Assembly: GCA_044224875.1 (NCBI GenBank)
Contig: JBGAJQ010000049.1
Span: 1 to 39,564 of the forward strand
Origin: Gemmatimonadaceae bacterium
GTDB taxonomy: Bacteria; Gemmatimonadota; Gemmatimonadetes; Gemmatimonadales; Gemmatimonadaceae
Direction: 5' to 3'
Length of the DNA: 39,564 nt
The notes under the pieces were generated by a model that saw nothing but the letters and a program-made list of their open reading frames with translations, made no database searches and was not told the DNA's origin. The translations under genes were made by a program, and so were the position numbers. This document shows positions 15,659 to 24,478 of the stretch, piece by piece (position 1 is the first letter of the stretch; each line of letters starts with the position of its first letter).

Positions 15659-17632
15659 ATGAACCGCATATCCATAGTAACCCGACTGAGCGCCGCGTCT
15701 CTTCTATTCCTGGCCTGCGGCGGTGGTGACAAGAGCATCGCCCCACCACCTCCGCCGCCACCTTCCCAAGCCGCAGTGGCATCTGTTTCGATCAACCCGT
15801 CGAGTGGAAATCTGGTCGTCGGTCGAACACTCACTCTGACTGCGGTGGCGAAGGACGACCAAGGACGCGACCTGCCAGGTCGAACGATCACGTGGACATC
15901 GGACGCCGAGGCAATTGCCACGGTAAGTGGTAGCGGCGTTACCACTGGCGTCGCGCTGGGCTCCGCAAAGATCAAAGCGACGTCTGAAGGAAAGAGTGCC
16001 GAAGCCACGCTGACGATTATTGCCGTTCCCGTTGCGTCGGTCACGATCTCTCCGGACACGGCGGTGCTGAAGCTATCGGAGACGAGACAGCTGGCGGCAA
16101 CCGTTAAGGATGACCTGGGCAACGTGCTGACCGGCCGCACTGTCAGATGGAGCAGCGCCAGCGCGAGTGTGGCGAAGGTCGACTCAGTCAGCGGCATGGT
16201 GGCGGGTCAGGACGATGGCACGACCACGGTGGTCGCCACCGTGGAGGGCAAGGCCGGGTCGGGCGTCGTCCGCGTCTATTCACCGGTCGCGTCGGTGAAC
16301 GTCACGCTCGCCCTCGACACCCTCGAGGCGTACGACGTTCGCCAGATGCAAGCCACACTTCGCGACGCGAGGGGCCGCATTCTGAACGGGCGTGTGATCA
16401 ACTGGACGGTGTCCGACACGAGCATTGCGGCGATCGACCAAGCCTCTGCTCTCACGGGGCGGGATCGCGGCACCGTGACCGTCACGGCAACCAGTGAGGG
16501 AATCTCCGGTTCAGCGACGCGTGTGGTGGTCATCAAGTATCGCTCGCTCAGCGTCGGCACCATGCACGCGTGTGACCTGGCCAGCGGCGGCATCGCCTGG
16601 TGCTGGGGCCTCAATGGCCGATATGGAGTGCTTGGCATGCCGTCGTTAGGTGACAATGTCACGAGCGCCATTCCGGTTCGGGTGCCCGGTGACCACCGCT
16701 TTGTGCAGATCTCGACCTACGGCCGCCACGCCTGTGCGGTGAAAGCCACCGGCGCCGCGTACTGCTGGGGCAACAATGGAGTCGGTGAACTCGGCTCCGC
16801 GGCTGGTGTCGTCAGCGCCACGCCAGCGCTGGTGAGCGGTGGCATCCTGTTCAAGCAGGTTTCAGCTGGCGGCGACCATACCTGTGGGCTCGACCTGACC
16901 GGCCATGCGTACTGCTGGGGGCAGAACCAGAGTGGACAGCTGGGCGATGGCACCAAGACGATCAGGACCACGCCGGCGGCGGTGAGTGGAGGACTGGTGT
17001 TCTCCAGCATCTCGGCTGGCTCGGGCACCACATGCGCAGTGGCAATCGATGGCGCGCTGTTCTGCTGGGGCGCGAACGCACTCGGCCAGGTGGGCGACGG
17101 CGGTCCACTCGGCGGCACGTTCACCATTCCGAGCCGCGTCGTCGGTGGACTCTTTGCGACGCGCGTCGTGGTCGGATTGCAGTACGCTTGTGCCATGACC
17201 GCCGGGGGCCAGGGATATTGTTGGGGTGGTCAGACTGCGAGCGGCGCTCCGGTGCAAACATCCACGCCGCTTCCCATGGCCGGTGGACTCACCCTGTCGT
17301 GGCTGTCGGCAGGCGCAACGCACGGGTGCAATGTCACGACGCAGAACCAGATCTACTGCTGGGGGAACAACGGCAGTGGACGTCTGGGTGTCGTTGGCGG
17401 CGCGAGCATGCGGCCCGTTCTAGCTGCCGGCGGCCTCAAGGCCATCGAAGTGGCGGCGGCGGGAATCGGCACTGGATCGGGAGGACACACCTGCGCCGTG
17501 TCGGTTGATCGGTTGACCGTCTATTGCTGGGGACAGAACGACGTTGGGCAGGTCGGCAACGGGGCGTACACCGCGCAGAGTACGGTGAATGCGACGCCGT
17601 CGATCGTGGTGAGCCAGAAGCCGCTGCCGTAA
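15659..17632 (+). CDS. Lipoprotein with three Big_2 Ig-like domains and an RCC1/BLIP-II beta-propeller
   Basis: GGAGG SD, lipobox LFLAC, Pro7 tether, repeats of ITWTS...IATV...G.V.G...G...I.ATSEG, then RCC1-type repeats (HAC...AYCWG.N..GQLG.G). Confidence 0.9.
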   Translation: MNRISIVTRLSAASLLFLACGGGDKSIAPPPPPPPSQAAVASVSINPSSGNLVVGRTLTLTAVAKDDQGRDLPGRTITWTSDAEAIATVSGSGVTTGVALGSAKIKATSEGKSAEATLTIIAVPVASVTISPDTAVLKLSETRQLAATVKDDLGNVLTGRTVRWSSASASVAKVDSVSGMVAGQDDGTTTVVATVEGKAGSGVVRVYSPVASVNVTLALDTLEAYDVRQMQATLRDARGRILNGRVINWTVSDTSIAAIDQASALTGRDRGTVTVTATSEGISGSATRVVVIKYRSLSVGTMHACDLASGGIAWCWGLNGRYGVLGMPSLGDNVTSAIPVRVPGDHRFVQISTYGRHACAVKATGAAYCWGNNGVGELGSAAGVVSATPALVSGGILFKQVSAGGDHTCGLDLTGHAYCWGQNQSGQLGDGTKTIRTTPAAVSGGLVFSSISAGSGTTCAVAIDGALFCWGANALGQVGDGGPLGGTFTIPSRVVGGLFATRVVVGLQYACAMTAGGQGYCWGGQTASGAPVQTSTPLPMAGGLTLSWLSAGATHGCNVTTQNQIYCWGNNGSGRLGVVGGASMRPVLAAGGLKAIEVAAAGIGTGSGGHTCAVSVDRLTVYCWGQNDVGQVGNGAYTAQSTVNATPSIVVSQKPLP

Positions 17633-17676
17633 GGACTGGTGGCACCGACGACCGCGACATCATGCAGCACGAGCAC

Positions 17677-17710
17677 GAAGCGGGGTCGCCCAGCGCGGCC
17701 CCGCTTCTTG
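17677..17710 (+). terminator. Probable intrinsic terminator hairpin
   Basis: GAAGCGGGGTCGC-ccagc-GCGGCCCCGCTTC (13-bp stem, one G-U), 45 nt after the Ig/RCC1 stop and between convergent genes. U-tract is weak. Confidence 0.6.
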
Positions 17711-17889
17711 CGCTGTCGATCTAAGTTGCCGGTGTTCGCTTCCCCGGTCGAAGACGGCTGCACCACCACCTATGCGACGCAACCGCGAATTCAGTAATGA
17801 CTTCGCTCGGAGCGCGGCGCCGACTGAACTTGGGCGCTCGTCAGCAAGACTCTGGCACCCGTTGCGAGTGCATCACGCATTCGATCTGC

Positions 17890-18378
17890 TCATCCCACTT
17901 TGCCCTGCGCCAGCCACGCCGACACATACAGCCCCAATCCAAAGACGGTGTGCGTCAGCACACTCTTGAGTCGTGCTGCGTTTGGATTCCTGGTTCGCGA
18001 AGATGCCACGCCCAAGCCTAACGCCGGCTGCAGCGTGAAGAACGGGACCAGCACCGTCACGACGCCGAAGCCGAGCGCCGGAAGCACCGTCGGACTGACT
18101 AGCCACGCGTCAGGCGCCAGTTGGAGAAAGAACCAGACGAGTCCCACGCCGATCGAATAGTGCGCGATCCAACCCATCGGGCATTCGCCCCGCCTCGCCG
18201 ACGACGCTGCGATGCTCTCGTGAACAAACGTGCCCTCCGGCATGTGCAACACCCACCGGCCCAGCAAGCACAAGTCGAGCGAGCGTATGCCGAACAATCG
18301 CCGCAGCAACAACCCCCACAGGTCGATGCACAACGTCGCGCCGACTCCAATGATGAGCGCGTCGAGTACGTGCATCAT
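17890..18378 (-). CDS. DUF2938 family membrane protein
   Basis: IGVGATLCIDLW...LLGRWVLHMPEG.F.H.SI...GWIAHYSIG...QPALGLGVASSRT...HTVFGLGLY. ATGA overlap with the upstream gene sets the start at 18378. Confidence 0.85.
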   Translation of the reverse strand: MMHVLDALIIGVGATLCIDLWGLLLRRLFGIRSLDLCLLGRWVLHMPEGTFVHESIAASSARRGECPMGWIAHYSIGVGLVWFFLQLAPDAWLVSPTVLPALGFGVVTVLVPFFTLQPALGLGVASSRTRNPNAARLKSVLTHTVFGLGLYVSAWLAQGKVG

Positions 18379-19022
18379 GCGACGGTCGGGACGAGCGGAT
18401 TCATGCGCGTTCGAGGACGACGAATCACCCATTCGGCCGCCACCACGTTGATCACCCACCCGAGTCCCATCATGATCGCCCGCGGCGACTCACTCGGCGT
18501 CAGGTCCACGAGGATGAACCACGGAAGATGTGTCAGGACTTGCGTCCCTGCCCCGAGCCCGATGGCATACGCGCGGATCATCCACTCCCCGTGTTGCGCG
18601 TACTTTCGACGACGCAGCGCGTTGATCCCGAGGATCACTGAAATCAGCATCGCGCTGCCGAAGAGAAGACGTTCCGCGTAGACGACCACGCCGTCGTTGG
18701 CTGGCCACGGATAGGTGAGCGTCATCCACAGCCCGGAGCTCGCCACGAGTAGTGCCGCTGGAAGAAGCACGCGCCCCGCGGCCCGATGCCACCGTCGGTT
18801 CTGGCGGCGGAAGCCGGGTGAAAACTGCAACGCGCCGAGCAGGCTGTAGAGCATGGCGGAAACGATGTGCATCACCACCGGGACCGGCGCGGCGAGGAAA
18901 CGCGCGTTATCGCTCGTCACGACTCCGCTGCTGATCTGCCCCAGTCGGGTTGAGCCGGCGATCGCCGGCACCAGGCTGAGCGCAACGAGTGACGCGGGCA
19001 CCAGCCAGTCGATGCGTTTCAT
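18375..19022 (-). CDS. DUF2306 family membrane protein
   Basis: Multi-TM protein with PVVMHIVSA...GALQF...WHRAAGR...HGEWMIRAYAIGLGAGTQ motifs. Confidence 0.85.
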   Translation of the reverse strand: MKRIDWLVPASLVALSLVPAIAGSTRLGQISSGVVTSDNARFLAAPVPVVMHIVSAMLYSLLGALQFSPGFRRQNRRWHRAAGRVLLPAALLVASSGLWMTLTYPWPANDGVVVYAERLLFGSAMLISVILGINALRRRKYAQHGEWMIRAYAIGLGAGTQVLTHLPWFILVDLTPSESPRAIMMGLGWVINVVAAEWVIRRPRTRMNPLVPTVA

Positions 19023-19418
19023 TAGCGGGCTCCCGAAGCACGACGGTTGAAGCTGAGACCTGCCAACACCACGATGTCATTCCGCGTGTCCGACGACCCC
19101 GGGCCGATGAGCGGAGGCAAAGACGTCCACCTTCTCCATGTTGCCGCCGGCGAGGTCTCGACTTCGTGCCCAACCAAAGGTGCCGACAAGCGCCAGGCGT
19201 GGCTGCAGGAGCCAGGAAAGCTGTACAGCCGTCAGGCGCGCGTCCTTGATGTTCTCCCGTTGCCCACCCGTGCCGATCAGCGCGCCGCTCGGCACGCGCA
19301 GTTCCCACCGGCGCGCAGGGGCCGGCGCTTCCTGAGCCGTGAGTCGCGCGGTCGCGATGAGGGAAGTGATGAGGCCAGCTGCGCGCGTGGCGCGAAGGGC
19401 GAGAGTCCGAGGGCGCAT
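19022..19418 (-). pseudogene. Disrupted secreted/outer-membrane beta-barrel-like protein (internal deletion with frameshift at about 19113)
   Basis: The N-frame (signal peptide, WELRVPSG...TFGWARSRDL...KVDVFAS) turns to junk at about 19113. Another frame gives PLIGPGSSDTRNDIVVLAGLSFNRRASGAR*, whose TAA (19024-19022) overlaps the next ATG (TAATG). GAGG SD upstream. Confidence 0.7.
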
Positions 19419-19478
19419 CGTTGTTTCCTCTATATGGAAGTGAGCGTGGAGTCTTCCGATTCCCGCCGCCGTGTATTA

Positions 19479-19515
19479 GTGTATTACATACACAGTGTGA
19501 GTGTATGATATACAC
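19479..19515. promoter_or_regulatory. Two palindromic TetR-type operators GTGTA-N5-TACAC
   Basis: GTGTATTACATACAC (19479-19493) and GTGTATGATATACAC (19501-19515), 22 bp apart, in an AT-rich island between the TetR gene and its divergent operon. Confidence 0.8.
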
Positions 19516-19532
19516 AGTTTCCAATCTGTCAA
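19505..19532 (-). promoter_or_regulatory. Sigma70-like promoter for the leftward operon
   Basis: Minus strand TTGACA (19532-19527), 16-nt spacer, TATCAT (19510-19505). The -10 lies inside operator 2. Confidence 0.6.
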
Positions 19533-19554
19533 CACCCTCTTTTGAGGATGAGCC

Positions 19555-20490
19555 ATGGTGGGACGTCGGAAGGCGGCCAAGCAGACGGGTCCGGTGGGTA
19601 GTTCGACGGGCGGTAAAGGAGCGGAACGCCGCCAAGGCTCGGGTGGGAGAGCTGGGAGCCAGGGGCGAGCGGAAGGATCGTCGCCAGTCGCCCAGAAGGA
19701 ACCGGCTGCAGGGGTACTCACGCATTCCGACGTCATGAGCGCGGCGGTCCAGCCCGATCCTGAGCTGCAACGGCGGAGCCAGCTCCTCTGGGAGGATCGC
19801 TCCCGCGGGTCCCGCGGCCCCAAGGCGGCATTCACGCCCGACGACGTCGTGCGCGCAGCGATGCAGATCGCCGATCAGGAGGGGGGATTGGCCGCCGTGA
19901 CGATGCAGGCGGTGTCTGCCAGACTCGGCCTAACGACAATGGCGGTGTATCGCTACTTCCCCAGCAAGGACGCGCTCTACGACGCGATCATCGATGCGGG
20001 GATGGGACGACCTCCCGTTCCATCAGACCAATCCGCGCCTTGGCGCGCCGACGTGGTGCGTTGGTCGCACGCCAAGCGCGACATGCTGTGCGCGCGCCCC
20101 TGGCTCGCCGAGCTACCGTTTGTCGCGGCACCCCATGGCCCCAACTGGCTGGCATGGTTGGAGGCACTGGCCGCGCCACTCGCTCGCGCCGGACTGCACG
20201 GCGAGTTGATCGGTCAGATGATCAGTGTGATCGACGGGTACACCCGGGGCGCCTCGGATACGTCCATTTCGCTTTCGCGCGCTCGCTCGCGAGGCATCAC
20301 CGAGCAACAGTGGGCGGCGGGAGTGGGTGCGGACCTCGGGAGAGCGATTGGAGATCCCCGATTCCCCGCGTTCGCGTCGATCCTGACGGCGCCGCAGGAC
20401 GGTACCCCGAGGACCATGCAAGAGTCTTTCGACTTCGGTCTGCAGCGCGTGCTGGACGGAATTGAGCTCTTTGTGAGCGCTACACGCTGA
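19555..20490 (+). CDS. TetR/AcrR family transcriptional regulator (TetR_C-type C-terminus)
   Basis: RGPKAAFTPDDVVRAAMQIADQEGGLAAVTMQAVSARLGLTTMAVYRYFPSKDAL HTH; GPNWLAWLE; FDFGLQRVLDGIE. Alternative start at ATG 19735. Confidence 0.92.
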   Translation: MVGRRKAAKQTGPVGSSTGGKGAERRQGSGGRAGSQGRAEGSSPVAQKEPAAGVLTHSDVMSAAVQPDPELQRRSQLLWEDRSRGSRGPKAAFTPDDVVRAAMQIADQEGGLAAVTMQAVSARLGLTTMAVYRYFPSKDALYDAIIDAGMGRPPVPSDQSAPWRADVVRWSHAKRDMLCARPWLAELPFVAAPHGPNWLAWLEALAAPLARAGLHGELIGQMISVIDGYTRGASDTSISLSRARSRGITEQQWAAGVGADLGRAIGDPRFPAFASILTAPQDGTPRTMQESFDFGLQRVLDGIELFVSATR

Positions 20491-20558
20491 ATTGCGACGA
20501 CATAGCGTCTGCCTAGTCCGCGGGGTATCTTCGCCGCTCCTTACCGATCGGACGAGAC

Positions 20559-21269
20559 GTGCGCATCAGCGACATGAACTGGATGCAGGTCGAGCAATAC
20601 TTGCAGCGGGATGACCGCGCTATCCTGCCACTTGGTTCAACGGAACAACACAGCTACCTGCGGCTGACGGTCGACTGCATCCTGCCGGAGCGCGTGGCTG
20701 TTGAAGCTGCCGAACCCCTGGGCGTTCCCGTGTTTCCCGTCGTCGCCTATGGTGTGACGCCGTACTTTCGCGAGTACCCCGGGTCCATTTCGCTGCGGGT
20801 GGCGACGCATCTTGCCGTGGTGCGAGACATCCTGGATGGCATGGCACACAGCGGATTTCGCCGCATCCTGATCGTGAACGGGCATGGCGGCAACAACGCC
20901 GTGCAGCCTTTCGCGCAGGAGTGGGCAGCGGATCATCCAGACTGCCGAGTGATCTTCCACAATTGGTGGAACGCGCCTCGTACCTGGGCCAAGGTGCAAT
21001 CGATCGACCCTGTTGCATCTCACGGGTCGTGGATGGAGAACTTTCCGTGGACGCGCCTGCCGGGCATCGACGTGCCAGCGACGCAACGACCGATGGTTGA
21101 TCTCGCCCGCGTCCGCACGTTGGATCCGGTCGCGCTCCGCAGCTACCTGGGCGATGGCAACTACGGCGGGTTATACCAGCGACCGGACGCTGAACTCCTG
21201 GATCTGTGGCACGTCGCGGTGGAGGAGACCCGCGAGCTGCTCACCGGTACCTGGGGCAATGCGTCCTGA
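20559..21269 (+). CDS. Creatininase family protein (creatinine amidohydrolase fold)
   Basis: LPLGSTEQH, VDCIL, IVNGHGGN, SHGSWMENFPW; GTG start. Confidence 0.9.
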   Translation: MRISDMNWMQVEQYLQRDDRAILPLGSTEQHSYLRLTVDCILPERVAVEAAEPLGVPVFPVVAYGVTPYFREYPGSISLRVATHLAVVRDILDGMAHSGFRRILIVNGHGGNNAVQPFAQEWAADHPDCRVIFHNWWNAPRTWAKVQSIDPVASHGSWMENFPWTRLPGIDVPATQRPMVDLARVRTLDPVALRSYLGDGNYGGLYQRPDAELLDLWHVAVEETRELLTGTWGNAS

Positions 21270-21281
21270 CGAGCGTCCATC

Positions 21282-22213
21282 ATGCGATTCCTGATCTGGG
21301 GAGCGGGCGCGATCGGAGGGACGTTAGGCGCATACCTGGCGCGCGCCGGTCACGACGTCACATTCGTCGATACCGTCGCCGAGCATGTGGATGCCATGAA
21401 CTCGTCCGGGCTCCACATCACCGGCCCCATCGACGACTTCACCGTGCGCCCGCCCGCGCATACAACGCAGTCAATCGCCGGTTCATGGGAGACCATTGTC
21501 CTGGCGACAAAGGCGCATCACACGGAAGAGGCGGCACGATCGCTTGCCCCGCACCTCGCGCCGAACGGATTTGTGATCTCGGCACAGAACGGCCTGAACG
21601 AACTGGCCATCGCACAGGTCGTTGGCGAGGCGCGAACCGTGGGGGCGTTCGTGAACTTTGGCGCCGACTACCTGGAGCCGGGCGTCATTCACTTTGGTGG
21701 ACGGGGCGCGGTGGTGGTAGGAGAGACGAACGGCCAGCTCACCCCGCGAGTCCTCGCCGTTCGCGATGCGTGGCGTGACTTCGACGCGCGAGCCATCGCG
21801 ACGCCGAATATCTGGGGGTACTTGTGGGGCAAGGAAGCGTATGGTGCCATGCTCTTTGCGACGGCGCTCACCAACGACTCCATCGCCGATTCGCTCGCCC
21901 GACCGGAATACCGCCGCATGTACAAGGCCCCGCGCTCGGCACGGCCGATGCCTCGCTCGACGCCTTGGTCGCGCATAATCGCCGATCGGCGAAGACGCAC
22001 AGTGGCATCTGGCGCGACCTCGCCGTGCGAAAACGGAAGACGGAAGTGGATGCGCAACTTGGCATTGTTGTCACGCTCGGGACACTCGCCGGCGTTCCAA
22101 CGCCGCTCACGACACGACTGATTTCGCTCATACACGAGGTGGAACGCGGTGTCCGCCCACAATCCCTGACCACACTCGATGCACTGGCCGATGCGGCTGG
22201 CGGAATCCCATGA
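21282..22213 (+). pseudogene. Ketopantoate reductase (PanE/ApbA)-family protein, frameshifted at about 21930
   Basis: N-frame GAGAIGG, LATKAH, AQNGL, LWGK. The C-terminal motifs HSGIWRDLAVRKRKTEVDAQLG lie in a different frame ending at 22213, with an ATGA overlap to the SDR gene. Confidence 0.85.
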
Positions 22214-22977
22214 CTCACGCGTTCGCGGACAAGACGGTCATCGTCACCGGTGCGGCGCATGGCTTCGGGCGGGCCATTGCCCTCGCATTCTCCAGGCACC
22301 GAGCTGTGGTCTGGGCGTGCGACGTCCTGGCCGACGAGCTTCGCGAGACCGAGCAGTTGTGCCGGACCGCTGGGGGTCGCTGTACGACGCGCACGGTCGA
22401 CGTGCGTGACAAGGTGGCGGTCGACGCGTTCGTCGCCGAAGTGACGAAGGACGCCGGCCGCGTGGACATCCTCGTGAACAATGCGGGTGGGGTACTGGGC
22501 CAGGTTGGGCGGTCGCTCGAGGTCGTCACACCCGACGAGTGGCGTAGCATCTTCGACGTGAACTGCACCGCGGCGTTTTACTTTGCGCAGGCGGTGGCGC
22601 CCGGAATGAAGGCGGCGCGCGCGGGACGCATCATCAACATCTCGAGTGGGGCGGGACTCGGGATCAGCCTAACGGGCATTCAAGCCTATGCGTCGGCCAA
22701 GGCCGCGCAGATCGGGCTCACCCGCCAGCTCGCGCACGAACTGGGGCCTTGGGACATCACGGTGAACAACGTGGCGCCCGGGTTTGTGCGATCGAACCCG
22801 GCCACCGAACGCCAATGGGAATCGTACGGGCCGGAAGGACAACGCGAGCTGATCGAGCGGATCGCGCTCAAGCGGCTGGGCACACCCGAGGACATTGCCA
22901 ACGGCGTGATGTTCTTCGCGTCCGAGCAGGCAAACTGGATCTCGGGCCAGGTTCTCTCGATCGACGGCGGAAAGTAG
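22210..22977 (+). CDS. SDR family NAD(P)-dependent oxidoreductase (FabG-like)
   Basis: TGAAHGFG, DILVNNAGG, NISS, YASAK, VAPG. Confidence 0.93.
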   Translation: MTHAFADKTVIVTGAAHGFGRAIALAFSRHRAVVWACDVLADELRETEQLCRTAGGRCTTRTVDVRDKVAVDAFVAEVTKDAGRVDILVNNAGGVLGQVGRSLEVVTPDEWRSIFDVNCTAAFYFAQAVAPGMKAARAGRIINISSGAGLGISLTGIQAYASAKAAQIGLTRQLAHELGPWDITVNNVAPGFVRSNPATERQWESYGPEGQRELIERIALKRLGTPEDIANGVMFFASEQANWISGQVLSIDGGK

Positions 22978-24360
22978 ATGACGGACCCCAGGGTACTGTC
23001 GCACCTTCGCTCACGTCACGAGGGCATCCTGGCCGAACTCGTGGAGTTCGCTGCGATTCCCAGTGTGAGCACGGATCCCGCGTATGCCGAGGAGATGACG
23101 CGTGCCGCCGAGTGGGTGGCACGCGCGCTGGCTTCGGCCGGTCCGGTGGCCGTTCGCACGATTCCGACCGAGGGCAATCCCGTGGTGTACGCGGAATGGC
23201 TCGGCGCACCGGGGAAGCTGACGGTCTTGGTCTATGGCCACTACGACGTGCAGCCCCCGGATCCCCTGAGCAAGTGGGAGAGTCCGCCATTCTCTCCCAC
23301 GGTGCGCGACGGACGGCTCTACGCGCGCGGCGTGTCGGACGACAAGGGTCCGATGCTCATTCCCATCAAGGTCGCCCAGTCGTTCTTCACCGTGCAGGGC
23401 GCGCTCCCGATCAACGTGAAGTTCATGCTCGAGGGTGAAGAGGAGATCGGCAGCCGCAACCTCGATGCCTTCATTCGCCAGCACACGGACCTGTTGGCAG
23501 CCGATGTCGTCCTTTCCGCGGACGGCGCCATGTGGCGCATCAACGAGCCCTCGCTGACGGTGGCCAGTCGCGGGTTGGTCGGGCTGGAGTTCATGCTGAC
23601 GGCGGCACGGAAGGACCTGCATTCCGGTCGTCATGGCGGCGCGGTGGCAAATCCACTGCACGCCATGGCCCAACTCGTGGCGTCCCTGCACACCGCTGAC
23701 GGACGGGTGGCCGTCGCAGACTTCTACCGACGCGTGCGCGAGTTGACCGCCGAGGAGCGCGCGGCGATCGCCGCCCTGCCCTTCGCCGAGCGTGACTACC
23801 TCGCCGAAGTTGGTGCGCCTGCCACGTTCGGTGAGCCGGGGTACGGCACGCTGGAGCGATTGTGGACGCGTCCGACGCTCGAGATCAACGGCATGTGGGG
23901 TGGGTACGAGGGGCCTGGCCAGAAGACCGTCATTCCCAGCGAGGCGCACGCCAAGGTCACCTGCCGACTGGTGCCTGACCAGGATCCGAGTGAGATCGTG
24001 GAGCTGGTCACCAGGCATCTCGAGGCGCATATGCCGCCCGGCACATGCCTCACGATCAACGCCGACGACTCGGGGTCGCCGGCGGCGCACATCCCGCCCG
24101 ACCACTTTGCGCTCGCGGCCGCGAGTCAAGCGCTCTTCGAGGTCTATGGGGTGCAACCGCTGGTCGTGCGCATGGGCGGCACCGTTCCCATCTCGGACCT
24201 GTTTCAGCGCTACATGCAGCTCCGAACCGTCTTCTTTTCGTTTTCAACAGCCGACGAGGACTTTCACGCACCTAACGAGTTCTTCCGCATTCAGCGCCTC
24301 TACGAAGGCCTGGAGGCGTGGGCGCGCTACTGGACCCTGCTCGGGGATGTGACCCGATGA
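22978..24360 (+). CDS. M20 family dipeptidase (DUG1/CNDP-like)
   Basis: YGHYDVQPPDP, RGVSDDKGP, EGEEEIGS, DLHSG, MGGTVP, FHAPNE. ATG abuts the SDR stop. Confidence 0.93.
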   Translation: MTDPRVLSHLRSRHEGILAELVEFAAIPSVSTDPAYAEEMTRAAEWVARALASAGPVAVRTIPTEGNPVVYAEWLGAPGKLTVLVYGHYDVQPPDPLSKWESPPFSPTVRDGRLYARGVSDDKGPMLIPIKVAQSFFTVQGALPINVKFMLEGEEEIGSRNLDAFIRQHTDLLAADVVLSADGAMWRINEPSLTVASRGLVGLEFMLTAARKDLHSGRHGGAVANPLHAMAQLVASLHTADGRVAVADFYRRVRELTAEERAAIAALPFAERDYLAEVGAPATFGEPGYGTLERLWTRPTLEINGMWGGYEGPGQKTVIPSEAHAKVTCRLVPDQDPSEIVELVTRHLEAHMPPGTCLTINADDSGSPAAHIPPDHFALAAASQALFEVYGVQPLVVRMGGTVPISDLFQRYMQLRTVFFSFSTADEDFHAPNEFFRIQRLYEGLEAWARYWTLLGDVTR

Positions 24361-24478
24361 AGCAAAGGACGGTGTGTCGTTCGTCCGCGGCGACTGTGCG
24401 ATCGGAGGAAGGGTTCATCAGCAACGTGCGGATACGTCGGATACCCGTTGCACGCGGCCTGGCTTGGGAGAGGACGAG

